In this document: one piece after another, positions 11,819 through 25,759 of the stretch | Layout: each line of letters begins with the position of its first letter | Numbering within the stretch: the first letter of the stretch is position 1 | DNA from: Octopus sinensis | Lineage: Eukaryota | DNA length: 51,427 nucleotides | NCBI RefSeq assembly: GCF_006345805.1 | Contig: NW_021834165.1 | Coordinates: forward strand, 1 to 51,427 | Direction: 5' to 3' | Notes under the pieces: generated by a model | What the model saw: the letters and a program-made list of their open reading frames with translations, nothing else | Databases searched by the model: none | Told to the model about the DNA's origin: nothing | Translations under genes and position numbers: made by a program

Positions 11819-12350
11819 GTATATATATATTTATATATGTGTAGCAGTAGCTAGATAGTTGAATGATCTCCCTTGCAAGGAAGATTACAGAGTAACCTCC
11901 CTTTACTAAGTTTCTAGAAGCATCCGTGTCATGAGATGCGATTCTTAATTATTCAAAAAGCTTAGTGTTTCTCTTGGAATTTTTTAGAATGTCTAGCGTT
12001 CTATTAATAAAAACAGCTTGCTCACCCCGCTTTTCGCTTGTTAGTCAATTAGACTTAGAGTCATTCACGTCATTGCTATGTCCATCTATTTCTCTATGCC
12101 ATATGACTGTAACCCACCACTTAGCTGTTATTTCTACATTTTCTATCTCTGAACTTTCTTGCATAGATTACTTCATTCAACTAGATTCTACATTTTGATT
12201 CTATGTATCATCATCGACCAGTAAATAAAATATATTTTTATGTGGTAAATATATAGGTCTTGAATTTATTCTTCATCTCTTTATGAACTATTGTAGTAAT
12301 ATACATGCAGCCACATCAACACCTTGTACTGACTATATATAAGCACTACG

Positions 12351-12422
<72 letters not shown>

Positions 12423-12575
12423 ATATATATATATTTAGATAGATTGATAGATATAAAGAAAAAGAAAGAATTACGTTAATATATGAGTGTGCGAGTGTGT
12501 GTGAATATAAGTGTGTGTGAGTATAAGTGTGTGTGACTGCGTGTGTGTGTATATATATATGTATGTCCATATATA

Positions 12576-12882
12576 GTGGTTAGTGCATTCGGTTCACGAT
12601 CGTAAGGCTTTGAGTTCAATTCCCGGCGACGCGTTGTATCCTTGAGCAAGACACTTCATTTCACGTTGCTCCTGTCCACTCAGCTGGCGAAAATGAGTAG
12701 TGCTTGTAATTCAAAGGGTCAGCTTTGTCACACTCTGTGTCACGCTGAATCTCCTTGCGAACTACGTTAAGGGTACACGTGTCTGTGGAGTGCTTAGCCA
12801 CTTGCACTTTAATTTCATGAGCAGGATTTTCGGCTGATCGGAGCAACTGGAACTCTCGTCGTCGTAACCGACGGAGTACCAC
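12576..12882 (+). mobile_element. tRNA-derived SINE sharing the family B 3' half
   Basis: gtggttagtgc..gagttcaattccc head, ccttgagcaagacact core and gtcacgctgaat..gtcgtaaccgacggagt tail. Confidence 0.8.
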
Positions 12883-13344
12883 GTGACCATCGTCCATCTT
12901 ACCTTTACTCACGTGACTATCTTTCTTTTCCTGTATGGACGTTCAAAGAACTTGACGTTTTTTCTCTCTCTTTTCTCTTTTCTCTTTTCAAAGTAAATAT
13001 TTCTCCCAGCGTTCACTATTTCCCTCTCGTTCTGTTCTAACGACCCTCCACCTGTGTTTTTGTCCGGTTTCCTTCTACGTCTCCACTGTCCTGTTTTTGT
13101 TCCCAGCTTTGACCCTCCATAAATCCTATATTTTATTTTAGAATTTATGGGAGCAACTCTCTTTGAAGACTCATATTATCGTTGAATGCTCGAAATGAGG
13201 AGTAGATAGACAGCTGACAACTGAAAGGGTCGTTTCTTCTGTGTTTACTTGTCCTGTTTTCCATTTTTCTTTCGTTGTTTACTTATTTAACTCGTTACGT
13301 ATTTCATGTTGTTTATACAGTTGGTGACGTCCTGTACCCATATG

Positions 13345-13630
<286 letters not shown>

Positions 13631-13769
13631 AGTCATGCACCGTGCATTTATATACTCACATATTAACGTAAGTCTTTCTTTTTCTTTCTATAACGATGAC
13701 GTGTTATTTAGATGCTATTTTTAGTAGACACACTGACCATTTTAGAGAATCACAACACCCTCACGCACT

Positions 13770-14095
13770 CACTTATACCCTCTACTCCCTATGGTGCATA
13801 GGCCATCGATGACTTTTCTCCACTGTCCTCGACCCTGGACTCTCTCCTCCCCCAATTGTCAATTGTCATTGATGATTCTGTCACTGTGTTTTTCTAAGTA
13901 AGGGTGTATGGGTGTTGGCCCTAAACAAACCAATCTCTAGAAAGAGGTGGTCCGTATTTGTCTGGCCTCTATCATTTGATCTGTCTAGCATGGGGGGGGG
14001 GAGGCTACGATACGCTTGTGTTTCCCTGGCGTCAGGGTCATCGAGGCACACAAGCCTCAGTTGACAAAACCATGTGGTGCTCCACCCCACTTAGC
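13770..14095 (-). mobile_element. RTE-related non-autonomous remnant (UTR-like part joined to the ORF 3' end)
   Basis: Minus strand of 13780-13860 reads GRGQWRKVIDGLCTIGSRG, an RTE C-terminal motif. The remainder resembles RTE 5' UTR sequence. Confidence 0.45.
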
Positions 14096-14135
14096 TAGGT
14101 TTTACTGATTTGTACTTTTCTATATATAATTTCAG

Positions 14136-14308
14136 AAATGCAGTGACCCCTAAACCACGCAAACCTAAAGGTGACGCTCATGCGGCTGCTCCACGGTCAG
14201 AGTTATGTGAAGACAGCATTAACCCCGGTATGAATCAGGGATCAAAGTTCAGAGATGTCAAGCAAAAAACTTATCAGGTTATGAAGGAAGAAGAGGAAAC
14301 TGGAGGAG
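14136..14308 (+). CDS. Next coding exon of the PDZ-domain gene
   Basis: Acceptor tttcag|A completes the phase-2 Arg codon from exon 3305-3456. Reads NAVTPKPRKPKGDAHAAAPRSELCEDSINPGMNQGSKFRDVKQKTYQVMKEEEETGG. Donor G|gtaagt (phase 1). Confidence 0.8.
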
Positions 14309-14434
14309 GTAAGTATTTTCAAACAAAATCAATATATAAACAAATACACAAGCAAATAAGTAAACAAGAAATCCTCTCATCAGCCTTGAACACCAGATTC
14401 ACCGTAGTTTCGACGCGTGTGTATATACATATAC

Positions 14435-14502
<68 letters not shown>

Positions 14503-14970
14503 GTGGTGTGTGTGTGTGTGTATGTGGCTCTGTGTGTGTGTGTGTCTGATAAATATAAAAATGAGCAGCTAAGAGGCCAAAACAGTTCAATATCCTACAG
14601 ATGAAGCTGAGATACCATAGGAGAGATAAATAATAATTTTATTTGGGCTTGAGTCATTCATTCTCTTGCTACCTTGCGTTTTGTTCATGGCTGCACAGAG
14701 TCTTCTGGTAAGTTACGAAAAGTCGTCCAAATACCACCACGCTTTCACACCTTCCGTCAGTATTGACCGACTTAGCGGTGTCAGCCACGAAAGCTATTGG
14801 GATAAAGACGAGCGGGAATTACAGAGATGAATTTAGAATTAACATTGTTCCAAAAGAAATATAAAGGTCTGAGGCACAGACATTTAATAGATAATAGATT
14901 CGATTAGAATATAATCGTGTTTTCGAGGCTCTATGTTTAAAAGAAAAACTGTTCTCCATATATAAAAAAG

Positions 14971-15004
<34 letters not shown>

Positions 15005-15544
15005 TGTATGTATGTATGTATGTATGTATGTATGTATGTATGTATGTATACTATATATACACGTATGTGTATATGTATATAACTTTCTATATAAACATAT
15101 ATGCCCTACCTAATCTTAAATTACTATATATATGTGTGTTAGTATGTATGTATGTATGTATACTTATATACATACGTATGTGTATATGTATATAACATTC
15201 TATATAAACATATATACCCTACCTAATCTTAAATTACTATATATATATATGTATGTGTGTGTATGTATGTAAGTATGTATGTATGTATGTATGCATATAT
15301 ATATATATATATATATATATTTATTTATTTATATATTTATTTATTTATATATAATACAAGATAAGAAAATGGAGAAATATATCTAATACAGTAAATGAAT
15401 TGATTGCATCGCAATCATTAACATTTATGTATTAACTTTGTTGGGTACTTCACTAGCAGTATATTGGATATATGTTATCCCATGGAGGTTTGCATTTACA
15501 ACCCCTATCTCAATTTGTATATTTATATATATATATATATATAC

Positions 15545-15662
<118 letters not shown>

Positions 15663-15959
15663 CACACCACATACACATATATATAAAATAATATGTGACT
15701 GTATGTATATATATTATGTCTGAGTGTCAGCGCATGCGTGTATAAACATTCATATGCGAATGCGTGTCGTGTATACGAACACACATGCATAAACACTAAC
15801 AGGCATACATCGGATATAAACACACTTATCATTACATACACCTCTGAATGCACACCAAACAAGTCTTACAAAAGATTTTGACGAGTTTCAATTACTTGTA
15901 GATATAATATGTTACAAAAATATTTCATAATGAATTCTTGGCTTGATTTTCTTTTACAG

Positions 15960-16060
15960 GAGCCCCACCCGCTTCCATATTTGGTCGAAAGAAAGAAGAT
16001 CGGTCAAGTTACCTGAAAGAAGACAAGAAAACTATCCAAAAGGCATTTGGTCAGTCTTAG
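15960..16060 (+). CDS. Terminal coding exon of the PDZ-domain gene
   Basis: Acceptor ttttcttttacag|GA continues phase 1. Reads GAPPASIFGRKKEDRSSYLKEDKKTIQKAFGQS*, with TAG at 16058-16060. AATAAA at about 16260 is a candidate polyA signal. Confidence 0.75.
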
Positions 16061-16348
16061 AGGCGACGTTATTGGGTGAATATTGTTGCAGTGTTGCAAT
16101 GGCAAAGCTTCTCTTCAAATCTTCTTTTGTACACGGACTCTCATTTAAATATCTGTAAACTAATGAATAATTAATTAAGCAATGTACATTAAAAACAAAA
16201 CGAAACGAAACAAAACAGCAACAAAAAAAATGTTAGAGAGGGATATATATAGACAGAAAAATAAATTAACAAATTTATAGACATCTAAGCAGCAAATTGG
16301 CTTTTGTACACATTCACGTAGTTAATTGTGTATGTAATATGTAATATG

Positions 16349-16429
<81 letters not shown>

Positions 16430-16438
16430 CATACACAT

Positions 16439-16481
<43 letters not shown>

Positions 16482-16633
16482 ATATGAGGTGATGAGTTGG
16501 GCAGAAATGGCAGATTGCCGCTGGACTATATCCTCTTAGAAGAGATTAACGTCAGCACTTTCAATTTCCCACTGTGGTAAGCTTAACTTTTTGTTCCTCA
16601 TACCTCTCGTCAGTCGATAAAATATATCACTTC

Positions 16634-16666
<33 letters not shown>

Positions 16667-16779
16667 ATTTATATATTGGTATATTTGGGTACGTATGATT
16701 ATATATACGTCACGCCGAAGATCGGCGGCAACTACATACTGGATTTTGTACGCAAAAGACATAGTTTTATATTGTAATT

Positions 16780-17313
16780 ATATACTCAAATATAATGTGT
16801 TATGAAATAAAATTTAATTCCCATTCTTCTATAGCTTGGTTAATATTGACAGAAAACGGAATAAGTACGAAACCTGCATCAATTTTTACTGTGATCACTT
16901 TGTATTGACAACAGTTAATGCATCTAGACACATCAAGGGAAATAACTCTACTTGCTCCTTTAGTGCCAAGGGAATTAACTCTAAATATTTGGTATTTATT
17001 TTCTTTCTAGTCGATGATAATTTACTGATATTTTTTCCATTTCACTCACGTTATCTCTTATTTCACTATTTATTTACTGTTATTTATTGTGATCTTAACA
17101 ATCGCGTAAATATTCTGTATATTTAAAAATCTGTATTTAATCCTAATATATATACACACAATATTTATTTCCAACCAATGAATTATTTAAGGCAATATAT
17201 GCGCTCTAGGCATCCAAGAACGTGACTTGGTAACTGTTACTGCGGGTGAAGCGATCAGATGATCGCTTGGTTGTTTGTTGACATTCAGAAGCTATTGATA
17301 GTTCGAACTTTCC
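16780..17313. repeat. Unclassified dispersed repeat; second copy at about 25960-26940
   Basis: 17187-17312 (ttaaggcaatat..gcgctctaggcatccaagaacgtg..gatagttcgaactttcca) recurs at 26229-26250 plus 26821-26940. Both copies carry agggaaataactc-type motifs. Confidence 0.65.
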
Positions 17314-17605
17314 AGTGAAACTAAGAACTGAGCTAAATTTGTTTGTTTGAAAGCTTGTTTATTGATATTTTCATCCTGTTTTAACAATAAAAAAAAAACT
17401 TAAAAGAAAAATTGAGTTTGTTGTATTTTTTTTAACCTCATTATTTAATTGTTTTATCTCGATATTTACTGTGGAGACTGAGAAAAGTTCATCTTTCCCA
17501 AAAACCTTCGGTAAAAGATGGTTTATGAAAGAATACGTAGATAATGTTTAGATATATGAAACTTGCGACGAAGAGAAAAGGCTGAATGTTGTTCGTTAAG
17601 AAATT

Positions 17606-17711
<106 letters not shown>

Positions 17712-17731
17712 AATTGGCTTCGTTAAACGTG

Positions 17732-17798
<67 letters not shown>

Positions 17799-17935
17799 AG
17801 TATAAGAATTATATATAAAGAAACAAGAACGTGAAATACACAAAGGGACGAACACAGAAAACAGAGGGGTCATTCGAAGCCCTTAATCTTCAGTCAGAAA
17901 CCGGATCATCATAGCAAATTTCGGCTGATTAATTG

Positions 17936-17998
<63 letters not shown>

Positions 17999-17999
17999 G

Positions 18000-18082
<83 letters not shown>

Positions 18083-18091
18083 ATATATATA

Positions 18092-18147
<56 letters not shown>

Positions 18148-18150
<3 letters not shown>

Positions 18151-19773
18151 TTGCGGCCAAAATGTTCAGAACGGCATTGTTTTCGTCAGAAAAGTAGATA
18201 TAATTTTTTATCAAAGTTGTTTTATATTCTATAATTTTCACAGACAATAAATACGATATTATTTGTTATTGCCGGAGATTTTGATGTAATTTGAGAGGAT
18301 AATACAAAAGTTATGGATTATTTAGGGATTTACTGCAAAGCCCATGGCGGCCAAAATGATCAGAACGGTTGCTTTTACTCCGTGTTTTAGTATATTTAAC
18401 CGGCGAACTGTAATGTTTTGAATTTGTTTACGTGACGGTTCGTTTACTAAACATTAGTAAAAATATTTGCAGTGTACTTTGTTAATATAATGCCACTTAC
18501 TCCGTTACCAATTCGTCAGCAGATTATTACGCTTCGAAGGAAGGATAATTTAAGTATTGGATCTATTGCAAAGATTGTTAACAAGTCAAAAAGTGTTGTA
18601 CACGGTATTCTTAAGGTCTACGATGATTGTGGTTCGTGTGAAGCAAGAAAGTTTACAGGTAGGCCAAGAAAAACGACCAAGAGAGAAGATCGTGCTATGG
18701 TAAAGTTGGTTAAAAAGGACAGATTTAAAACTGCTGCTGCTGTTTCTCGGAAAATGAGCATTGTATTGAAGAAAACTTTATCTCGAAAAACTGTGTCTCG
18801 TCGTTTAGTTGAACATGACCTACAAGCAAGAGCACCTGCAGTGAAGCCACTGATCAGCTCCAAGAATAAAAAGTGTCGTCTTACCTTTGCAACCGAACAT
18901 GTGTTGTGTTCTCAAGATAAATGGCAAACTGTGCATTTCAGTGATGAATCTAAGTTTATGTTATTTGGCTCAGATGGGAACAGGTACGTTCTTAGAAAAG
19001 TAGGTGAAAAATTGTCGCCTAAATGCCTTAAGACTAGTGTTAAATTCGGTGTAGGAAGTGTCATGGTTTGGGGAATGATATCTGGAGATGGTGTGGGCCC
19101 TTTGGTGCGATTACATGGAAAGTTAAATGCAGGAGTTTATAAACAACTTGTAAAAGATCATGTCTTGCCTGTGCTGAGAAATTCAACTAAGCGACCACCC
19201 ATATTCATACAGGACAATGCCCCATGTCACAAGGCTACAGTGGTCTTGAACTTCCTCAAGGCTGAAAAGGTTATTGTTATGGATTGGCCAGCTCAAAGCC
19301 CAGATCTCAATCCTATTGAAAATGTGTGGAATATTCTAGGAGAACGTTCGAAAGCCAGAAATCCTAAAACAACCGAGCAAATATGGAATGCCCTTCAGGA
19401 AGAATGGAATAAGATCACCCAGCAAGAAATTGAAAATTTAATTTCCTCATGCAGTCGAAGATGTCAGAGTGTGATTGGAGCTAAAGGGCTTCACACCAAA
19501 TATTAAATAATTCCAGTATTCTCTGTCAATTTTGATTATTTTGTTATTTTTTCAACCGTTCTGATCCTTTTGGCCGCCATGGGCTTTGCAGTAAATCACT
19601 AAATCATCCATAACTTTTGTATTATCCTCTCAAATTACACCTAAATCTCTGACAATAACAATTAATATTGTATTTATTGTCTGTGAAAATTATGGAATAT
19701 AAAACAACTTTGATAAAAATTTATACCTACTTTTCTGACGAAAACAATGCCGTTCTGAACATTTTGGCCGCAA

Positions 19774-19776
<3 letters not shown>
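18148..19776 (+). mobile_element. Full-length Tc1-family DNA transposon with IR/DR ends (1629 bp)
   Basis: TA|CAGTTGCGGCCAAAATGTTCAGAACGG...CCGTTCTGAACATTTTGGCCGCAACTG|TA. TIRs of about 220 bp, each with an outer and inner direct repeat GCGGCCAAAA(T/G)G(T/A)TCAGAACGG. Inserted in (TA)n. Confidence 0.97.
18490..19506 (+). CDS. Tc1 DD34E transposase (338 aa, open frame)
   Basis: Paired-like HTH with GRPRK. Catalytic motifs FSDESKF, QDNAPCH and SPDLNPIE, with 34 residues between the second D and E. Ends GLHTKY. Confidence 0.95.
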   Translation: MPLTPLPIRQQIITLRRKDNLSIGSIAKIVNKSKSVVHGILKVYDDCGSCEARKFTGRPRKTTKREDRAMVKLVKKDRFKTAAAVSRKMSIVLKKTLSRKTVSRRLVEHDLQARAPAVKPLISSKNKKCRLTFATEHVLCSQDKWQTVHFSDESKFMLFGSDGNRYVLRKVGEKLSPKCLKTSVKFGVGSVMVWGMISGDGVGPLVRLHGKLNAGVYKQLVKDHVLPVLRNSTKRPPIFIQDNAPCHKATVVLNFLKAEKVIVMDWPAQSPDLNPIENVWNILGERSKARNPKTTEQIWNALQEEWNKITQQEIENLISSCSRRCQSVIGAKGLHTKY

Positions 19777-19828
<52 letters not shown>

Positions 19829-19844
19829 CATTACAATAGATCTG

Positions 19845-21130
19845 TATATTGGGGATTATAAGGTGTCTGCAATTAGAAAACTTCACAATACCTATATATA
19901 GGAAACTACGAAACGTCTATACATCGGAACACGCTCGAAGGCTATAGACCAAAGCAATAAAACGTCTATGCACACAAAATGTCATTATGTCTCTTACGAT
20001 AAGTCAAGATGTCAATATACAGGAAACAAGGCGTCTAAGAGACATAAGCTTACAGCATATCTTTATACAGCAAACTACGAGACAGGTACATAAAATAAAG
20101 TACGTGATATCTATATACAAAAACCTACACAATGTTTACATAGTGGAAATTACGGGACATGTACGACCATGAAAGAACAGGATTCTGTATAATTGAACCT
20201 ACAATCTCTATGTACAAGAAGCGACATGACGTGTGTATACACGAAACTAAACGACGTCTATAAATAAACTATAAGACGCTTATATTCACGAAACCACAAG
20301 ACGTCTTTTTACAAAGAACTATAAGAGGTTTATATGCATGAAATTATAAAATGTTTGTATACAGTAGAGTAAAGTATGTCTATATACCGTAAATCCTCGA
20401 GTATAGTCCGCCCTTGAGTATAATACGCAGGGTATTTCTAGGGGGCTGTACCTCTGGAAAACCTAAACCTTGTGTATAAAACGCACCCCTTCTCTAACTT
20501 GAGTCAAGGAGGTCTATATAACGTCCTTGGTTTGTGAAAATGTATACGGTGACGAACTTTATTATTATTGTACATATAACATAATGCAAACGTGTAGCTT
20601 TTTTGTGCATTTCGTTTGCAGAAAATAAAGAAATAACAGTAATAACGTTTAATAAATGTTGCTTACTGCAAATCATGGATGATTCTTTTATGACTTCATT
20701 ACTTTCAGGCTTAGCTTAAGGTATTTTCGCGCCCGGCATCAGAAAATGCGTCTGAATAAACATTGCCGGACAGCAAATAGAGATTCGGACATTGCTTAGA
20801 AAATAATTTTCCTTTTTAACCTCGTATATAGTACGCGCTAGGGATTTTGACCATTAAATTTTGGAAAAAAAAGTGCGGATTATACTCGAGGATTTACGGT
20901 ACATGAAACTATAAGTTGCCTAAATACAGGAAACAGAAAATAAACATATTTACAAAAGACAGCAATGTCTCAATAGATGAAATTACATGACAGTTGTATA
21001 GAAGGAGAGAAAGTATAAGCCGTTTATACATTGGAAACTTTAAAGCTATAAGACCTCTAAATTCAGGAAACTATAAGTTGCCAGTACAAGTGAAACTATA
21101 GTGCGTTTATATTCTGAAAACGTTTTGACA
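19845..21130. repeat. Highly degenerate ~25 bp minisatellite, split by a MITE
   Basis: Recurrent units close to GAAACTATAAGACGTCTATATACAG on both sides of 20387-20899. Confidence 0.7.
20387..20899. mobile_element. MITE with Tc2/pogo-type ends (513 bp)
   Basis: TA|CCGTAAATCCTCGAGTATAGTCCGC...GCGGATTATACTCGAGGATTTACGG|TA, no ORF. Confidence 0.9.
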
Positions 21131-21789
21131 TATTCACTCTTAATATGTTCTGGCAGATTCGAGCGTTAATACACCAATGGCTGTTATGTATCGTCTTTGG
21201 AGAACATGTTTTCCTTTCAGACGATGCATGTTTACAACACACTCGATCCATTATGGTAAGAGGACTGTAACAGACAACAGCATGCATCAGCAAATAATGT
21301 GTTTGCTGAGATATATAGACTAATGTCACCCGTCTTGTTTAAGTAGCTGATTGAAGAGACACAACCAGGTCGAAATGCAGTGTTACAAAGTCCTTTTAGC
21401 ACAATGCATCGAGTGTACTGTGAATACACACCGTCCAAAAATAGAAAAATAAATGCTATTACCCAAAGATGAAATACAACAGCGATTAGCATTTTCGCGT
21501 TCGAATATGCTGAAGCGGTTTAACGAGAATATTTACGACATTATTTTGACTGGCTCTGTTCTCTGCGTACATGACAAATTTATTTTTAGACATTTATTCA
21601 GAGGAAACTAAAATAGGTCTATATTCAGGAAATAAGAAGCAAGTCATTAACACCAGTTTATAGGGGACAGTATGAGGAGTTAATGTAGAATAAATTACAG
21701 GAATGATGCATGCGTGATGTTGTTACAAATGTAAAAACCAAATTCAAATGTTTCTGTAAGAGAAAATATTATATGTACTTTCTGGTTGT

Positions 21790-23750
21790 GCTGTAGTGGA
21801 AATGGTACACCTCTCCCACGGGACAATTGGTATGACAAAGCCACTATAAAGTGGGACAACGTCAACCAGTACGGGGAGTCGTGGGTCAGTCGTTGTACGA
21901 GTTCTCAGTTAGAGTTAAGTGTCAGTTACGTGTTATAGCCGAGTTTGAGTCACAGTCAAAGTAGACGGTTGAAAGTCGGTGTCTTGCTGAGCTATCACGA
22001 CAGATGAAAATACGTTTTCGCCAGACCATGTAGCGAATTAAATAAATGAATTTAAATATGACCCAGAAAAAGGAGTCATCTTCGAGGCACACTACCAAAG
22101 ATTTGAGCAAATTTTCGTAGAAGAATGTCAACACTGGATTGACGAAATGAAAACGCGTCTAATTTTAAGGAAACTGGCGACAATAGAGTATGAAAAATAC
22201 AGTAACTTTATACTGCCTAAAAGTCTAAATTTTACGGACACAATTGACATTTTATGTCAGATGTTCAGTGAAAAAACCTCGTTGTTCAACGCAGGCTGGA
22301 AGTGTTTGAACATTGAGAAAAGCAATGACGAAGTCTTTACTAGACATGCAGGTAGAATGAACAGGGAATACGAGAGGTTTAAACTGGATAAACTAACTCC
22401 AGATTCGTTCAAATGCTTGATTTTTGCACAGGGACTTACTGCTAAAAAAGACGCAGAAATCAGAACGAAAATTACTGCAAAGCTGGAAATGAACCAGGAT
22501 ATAATCTTGCAGAAATTGTCAGAAGAATGCGATAGGATATTAAAAATAAGACACGACACAGAGAAAATCCAATGCAGAGAGTGCGGAAAATTCTGAAGTC
22601 GGATAGAGTGTTTCACAAAAAACACGATAAACACCAGGATATAAACCCATGTTTTGTATGTGGTGGTATGCACCTGAGAAAGATTGTCCATTCAAAAAAG
22701 CGAAGTGCTTTCGTTGTGGGAATACGGGACGCATCAAATCGCACTGCAGAACTAAGATGACGAACATTTGGAACAAACGATAAAAAATAAATAGTTTGTC
22801 ATCAGAAAAAAAAAAGTTAGCACAACGAACAGAAAATTCGTCAAGAGAAAAATCGAAACCACAAGTGTCAAACTGCAATTAGACACGAGTAGTGATACCA
22901 CTATCATAAATGAAAAGAAATCGGTAAGCCGAAATTATTTAGATCAAACTAGCACTATGACCCGGCGTTGCTGGGTCTAGTGCTGGTGCTTGTTCTTCGT
23001 TGCCGGATCGCAGTAAAAATTTTCTCACTAAATCAAGAGCTAAGTTTCTTATCACATTTCAGCCGGGCCAGTTTTGTTGTTTATGGGCTAGTTGGAGCTT
23101 TTTATGAGCGTAATTAATATTAATCGGACTTCGGTTTTCGCACCTGGAACGGCATAATCATGGAAAATTAACCGGACTGTGCACATGACATTAGTCGGAC
23201 ATAAAAGGAGGCAGAAGAAAGCGAAAAACTCGAATTTGACCGCAAAATAACTTATGGGCATAATGAGTCGGTTTATCGATTTTTTTAATGACTTTCTGGA
23301 GTGACTGGGGAAATGAAAAGATCTTCACGACCACCCTCAGACAGTTTTGAAAGCCCATAGAAAATGCGATCCTTTTATGTGAAAAGCTGTGGATTTGTAT
23401 AAAGGACACACAGACACACAGACACAGATATACAGATATACAGATATCCCCGTAAGTGCTCTCTGTGGAATGTAGAACAACTGAGACAAAAAATGAAAAA
23501 AATTGTGTGCAGTGAATTTAGAAAATTCTGTGAAATATTCACGGTAGAACATATAACGACAGGCAGAACGTTTTGTTGATACCTTTAAAAGAGCTTTAAG
23601 AAAAGACATCACAGACGAAGTCGCTCTTCAACTATTTTAAAGAGTGTACAGGTTGACACCGAACCCGAATACAGCAGCAGGAAGTTCACCAGCAGAATTG
23701 ATATTCGCGAAGGTGAAATCAGTTTTCGATAAACAGCTACCTAGAAACTG
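21790..23750 (+). mobile_element. Decayed Ty3/Gypsy LTR retrotransposon (K02A2.6-like): gag, protease and integrase remnants, RT not seen
   Basis: Gag-like ORF 22147-22596 (LILRKL..EYEKYSNFILPK). Zinc knuckle CFRCGNTGRIKSHC at about 22706. Protease VKLQLDTSSDTTII at about 22866. Integrase QAERFVDTFKRALRK..YRLTPNPN..SPAEL at about 23559-23710. Confidence 0.85.
22948..23450 (+). mobile_element. Insertion in the Gypsy remnant, possibly a non-autonomous Helitron-like element
   Basis: Starts ACTAGCACTATGACCCGGCGTTGC and has a GACACACA/GATATACA tandem near the 3' end. Family assignment is from general architecture only. Confidence 0.4.
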
Positions 23751-23887
23751 TCTAACGTTCTAACGGTTCCGCCAATCTCTGCTCTCCATGCGCGCACACA
23801 CATACACCCTCTCCGCACACTCACAGTCGCACACATATATATAAATATATAAATGCGCATATATTTATGCACAAACAAGTAAATATA

Positions 23888-24095
23888 TTGGTTTCAAACT
23901 TTGGCACAAGGCCTCGGGGAAGGGGCTAAGTCGATTACATCGATCCCTAGTATTCAAATGATACTTATCTTATCGACCAAGAAAGGAAAAAAGGCGAAGT
24001 CGACCTCGGCGGAATTTGAATTCAGATCGTAAAAACGGACGAAATGGCGCTAAGTATTTTCCCCGGCGTGCTAACGATTCTGCCAGCTCGTCGCT
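23888..24095 (-). mobile_element. SINE family A
   Basis: aaggcgaagtcgacctcggcggaatttgaattcag..gctaacgattctgccagctcg. Confidence 0.85.
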
Positions 24096-24576
24096 TTTAA
24101 AAAGCACGCAAATATATCTAAGATACTGTATGGTATATTTGGTTGTTGATGTAACACCGAGATGGACTCTCATGTTGGTGTTGAATCAGCCAAATCGTTA
24201 GTGTCGGATATGTTGTTTTGCGATGTTCGTTCTGGATCCCAGACATTCTAAGTTCAGATGTCGTTGAGGCAACCTTTGGAGTCCATCTCTTTCGGAGTCG
24301 ATAAATGTAAATAAAGTACCAGTCTTGTAATGGTGTCCTTTTTCTTCTCCTCATTCTGGAAAAATATCAGTTACGTTCAGACCTGGATAAAAATAGGTAC
24401 CATCAGGTCCTAAAATTTTCACAGCGTCCCATCAGGTGTTGTGGGACCAGGGCAAAAAAAGGCTTGATATATCTTTTAGTAGAATGTTGTTGATTTTTCT
24501 CATCAATAGATTAGAATATGTATTTGCTCCGTATTTTTCATAGAAAATATTTTGTATCTTTATTATCACCAGTACT

Positions 24577-25040
24577 AAGGCGGCGAGCTGGCAGAATCGT
24601 TAGCACGCTGGACGAAATGTTTAGCGGTATTTGCCCTTATAATATAAAGATCATTTCGTCTGTCTTTACGTTCTGAGTTCAAATTACGCCGAGGTCGACT
24701 TAGCCTTTCATCCTTTCGGGGTCGATTAAATAAGTACCAGTTACGCACTGGGTCGATATAATTGACTTAATCCGTGTGTCTGTCCTTGTTTGTTCTCTCT
24801 GTGTTTAGCCCCTTGTGGTTAGTAAAGAAATAGGTATTTGCCCTTATAATATAAAGATCAACTTTGCCCTTCATCTTTCGGAGTGGAGATCAAATTTGCC
24901 TTACATCGTTTTTAAGTCTGGTACTTATTCTATCGGTCTCATTTGCTAAACCGCTAAGTTACGGGGACGTAAACACTCCAATACTGGTTGTCAAGCGGGT
25001 GGTGGGGACAAATACAGACACGAAGACACACACACACAAA
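24577..25040 (+). mobile_element. Nested family A SINEs (inner copy 24654-24832), followed by a partial minus-strand family C copy
   Basis: 28 bp direct repeat GGTATTTGCCCTTATAATATAAAGATCA at 24626-24653 and 24833-24860. Confidence 0.85.
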
Positions 25041-25593
25041 GTATAATACAGTAATCCCTCGACTATTGCGGGTGTTGCATTCCAGAGCATGACAACGTAA
25101 ATTTCATAATGGCCGAGCCCAAAGGAATAATAGCTGATTCTGTATTTATGATGATGTGTGACCACTGATTCACAATGTACGATTGTATGCAAACTGAAGA
25201 GAGAGCCATTATGTCTTGGCTTGACCTGCTAGGAATAACTGCTAATAACCGATAGATCACACTCTACTGTTTTAAAAAGAGACACGATTTTGTGGAATGG
25301 TCATGGATTAGTTATCTGCTGGCTCGGAACTGACTTGAGACTAAATAGCATGATTCCATACGGGCTAACAAGAGACGAAGCTTGCATGTGATCACTCGAG
25401 ATGCTAGAAATAGAAGCTAAAAGTATGTGAAATAACATCATGTCGACTTGAAAAAAAAAGGGAAGAACATAATGTAATCTGGGATGCATTTTGTCTACGA
25501 AGAAAAAAAAATGAGACAGTAAAATTTGAAACACCTTTGATTATATGTTCGATCAGGAATGATTTGGGACAAAGTTGCTGCGGTTGCTACAGG

Positions 25594-25685
<92 letters not shown>

Positions 25686-25759
25686 TGCTTCTAACAACTT
25701 CTAAAAAAGTTCAAGTTATATGCTGAGTTTGATTTCATTGTCTGCAAGTGTAGGATTTA

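Noticed and set aside
13870-14095. Possible HDV-like ribozyme in an RTE-like UTR
   Set aside because: I could not assemble the nested double pseudoknot from the sequence.
19845-21130. CRISPR-like array
   Set aside because: Eukaryotic context, contiguous degenerate units without spacers, and no cas genes.
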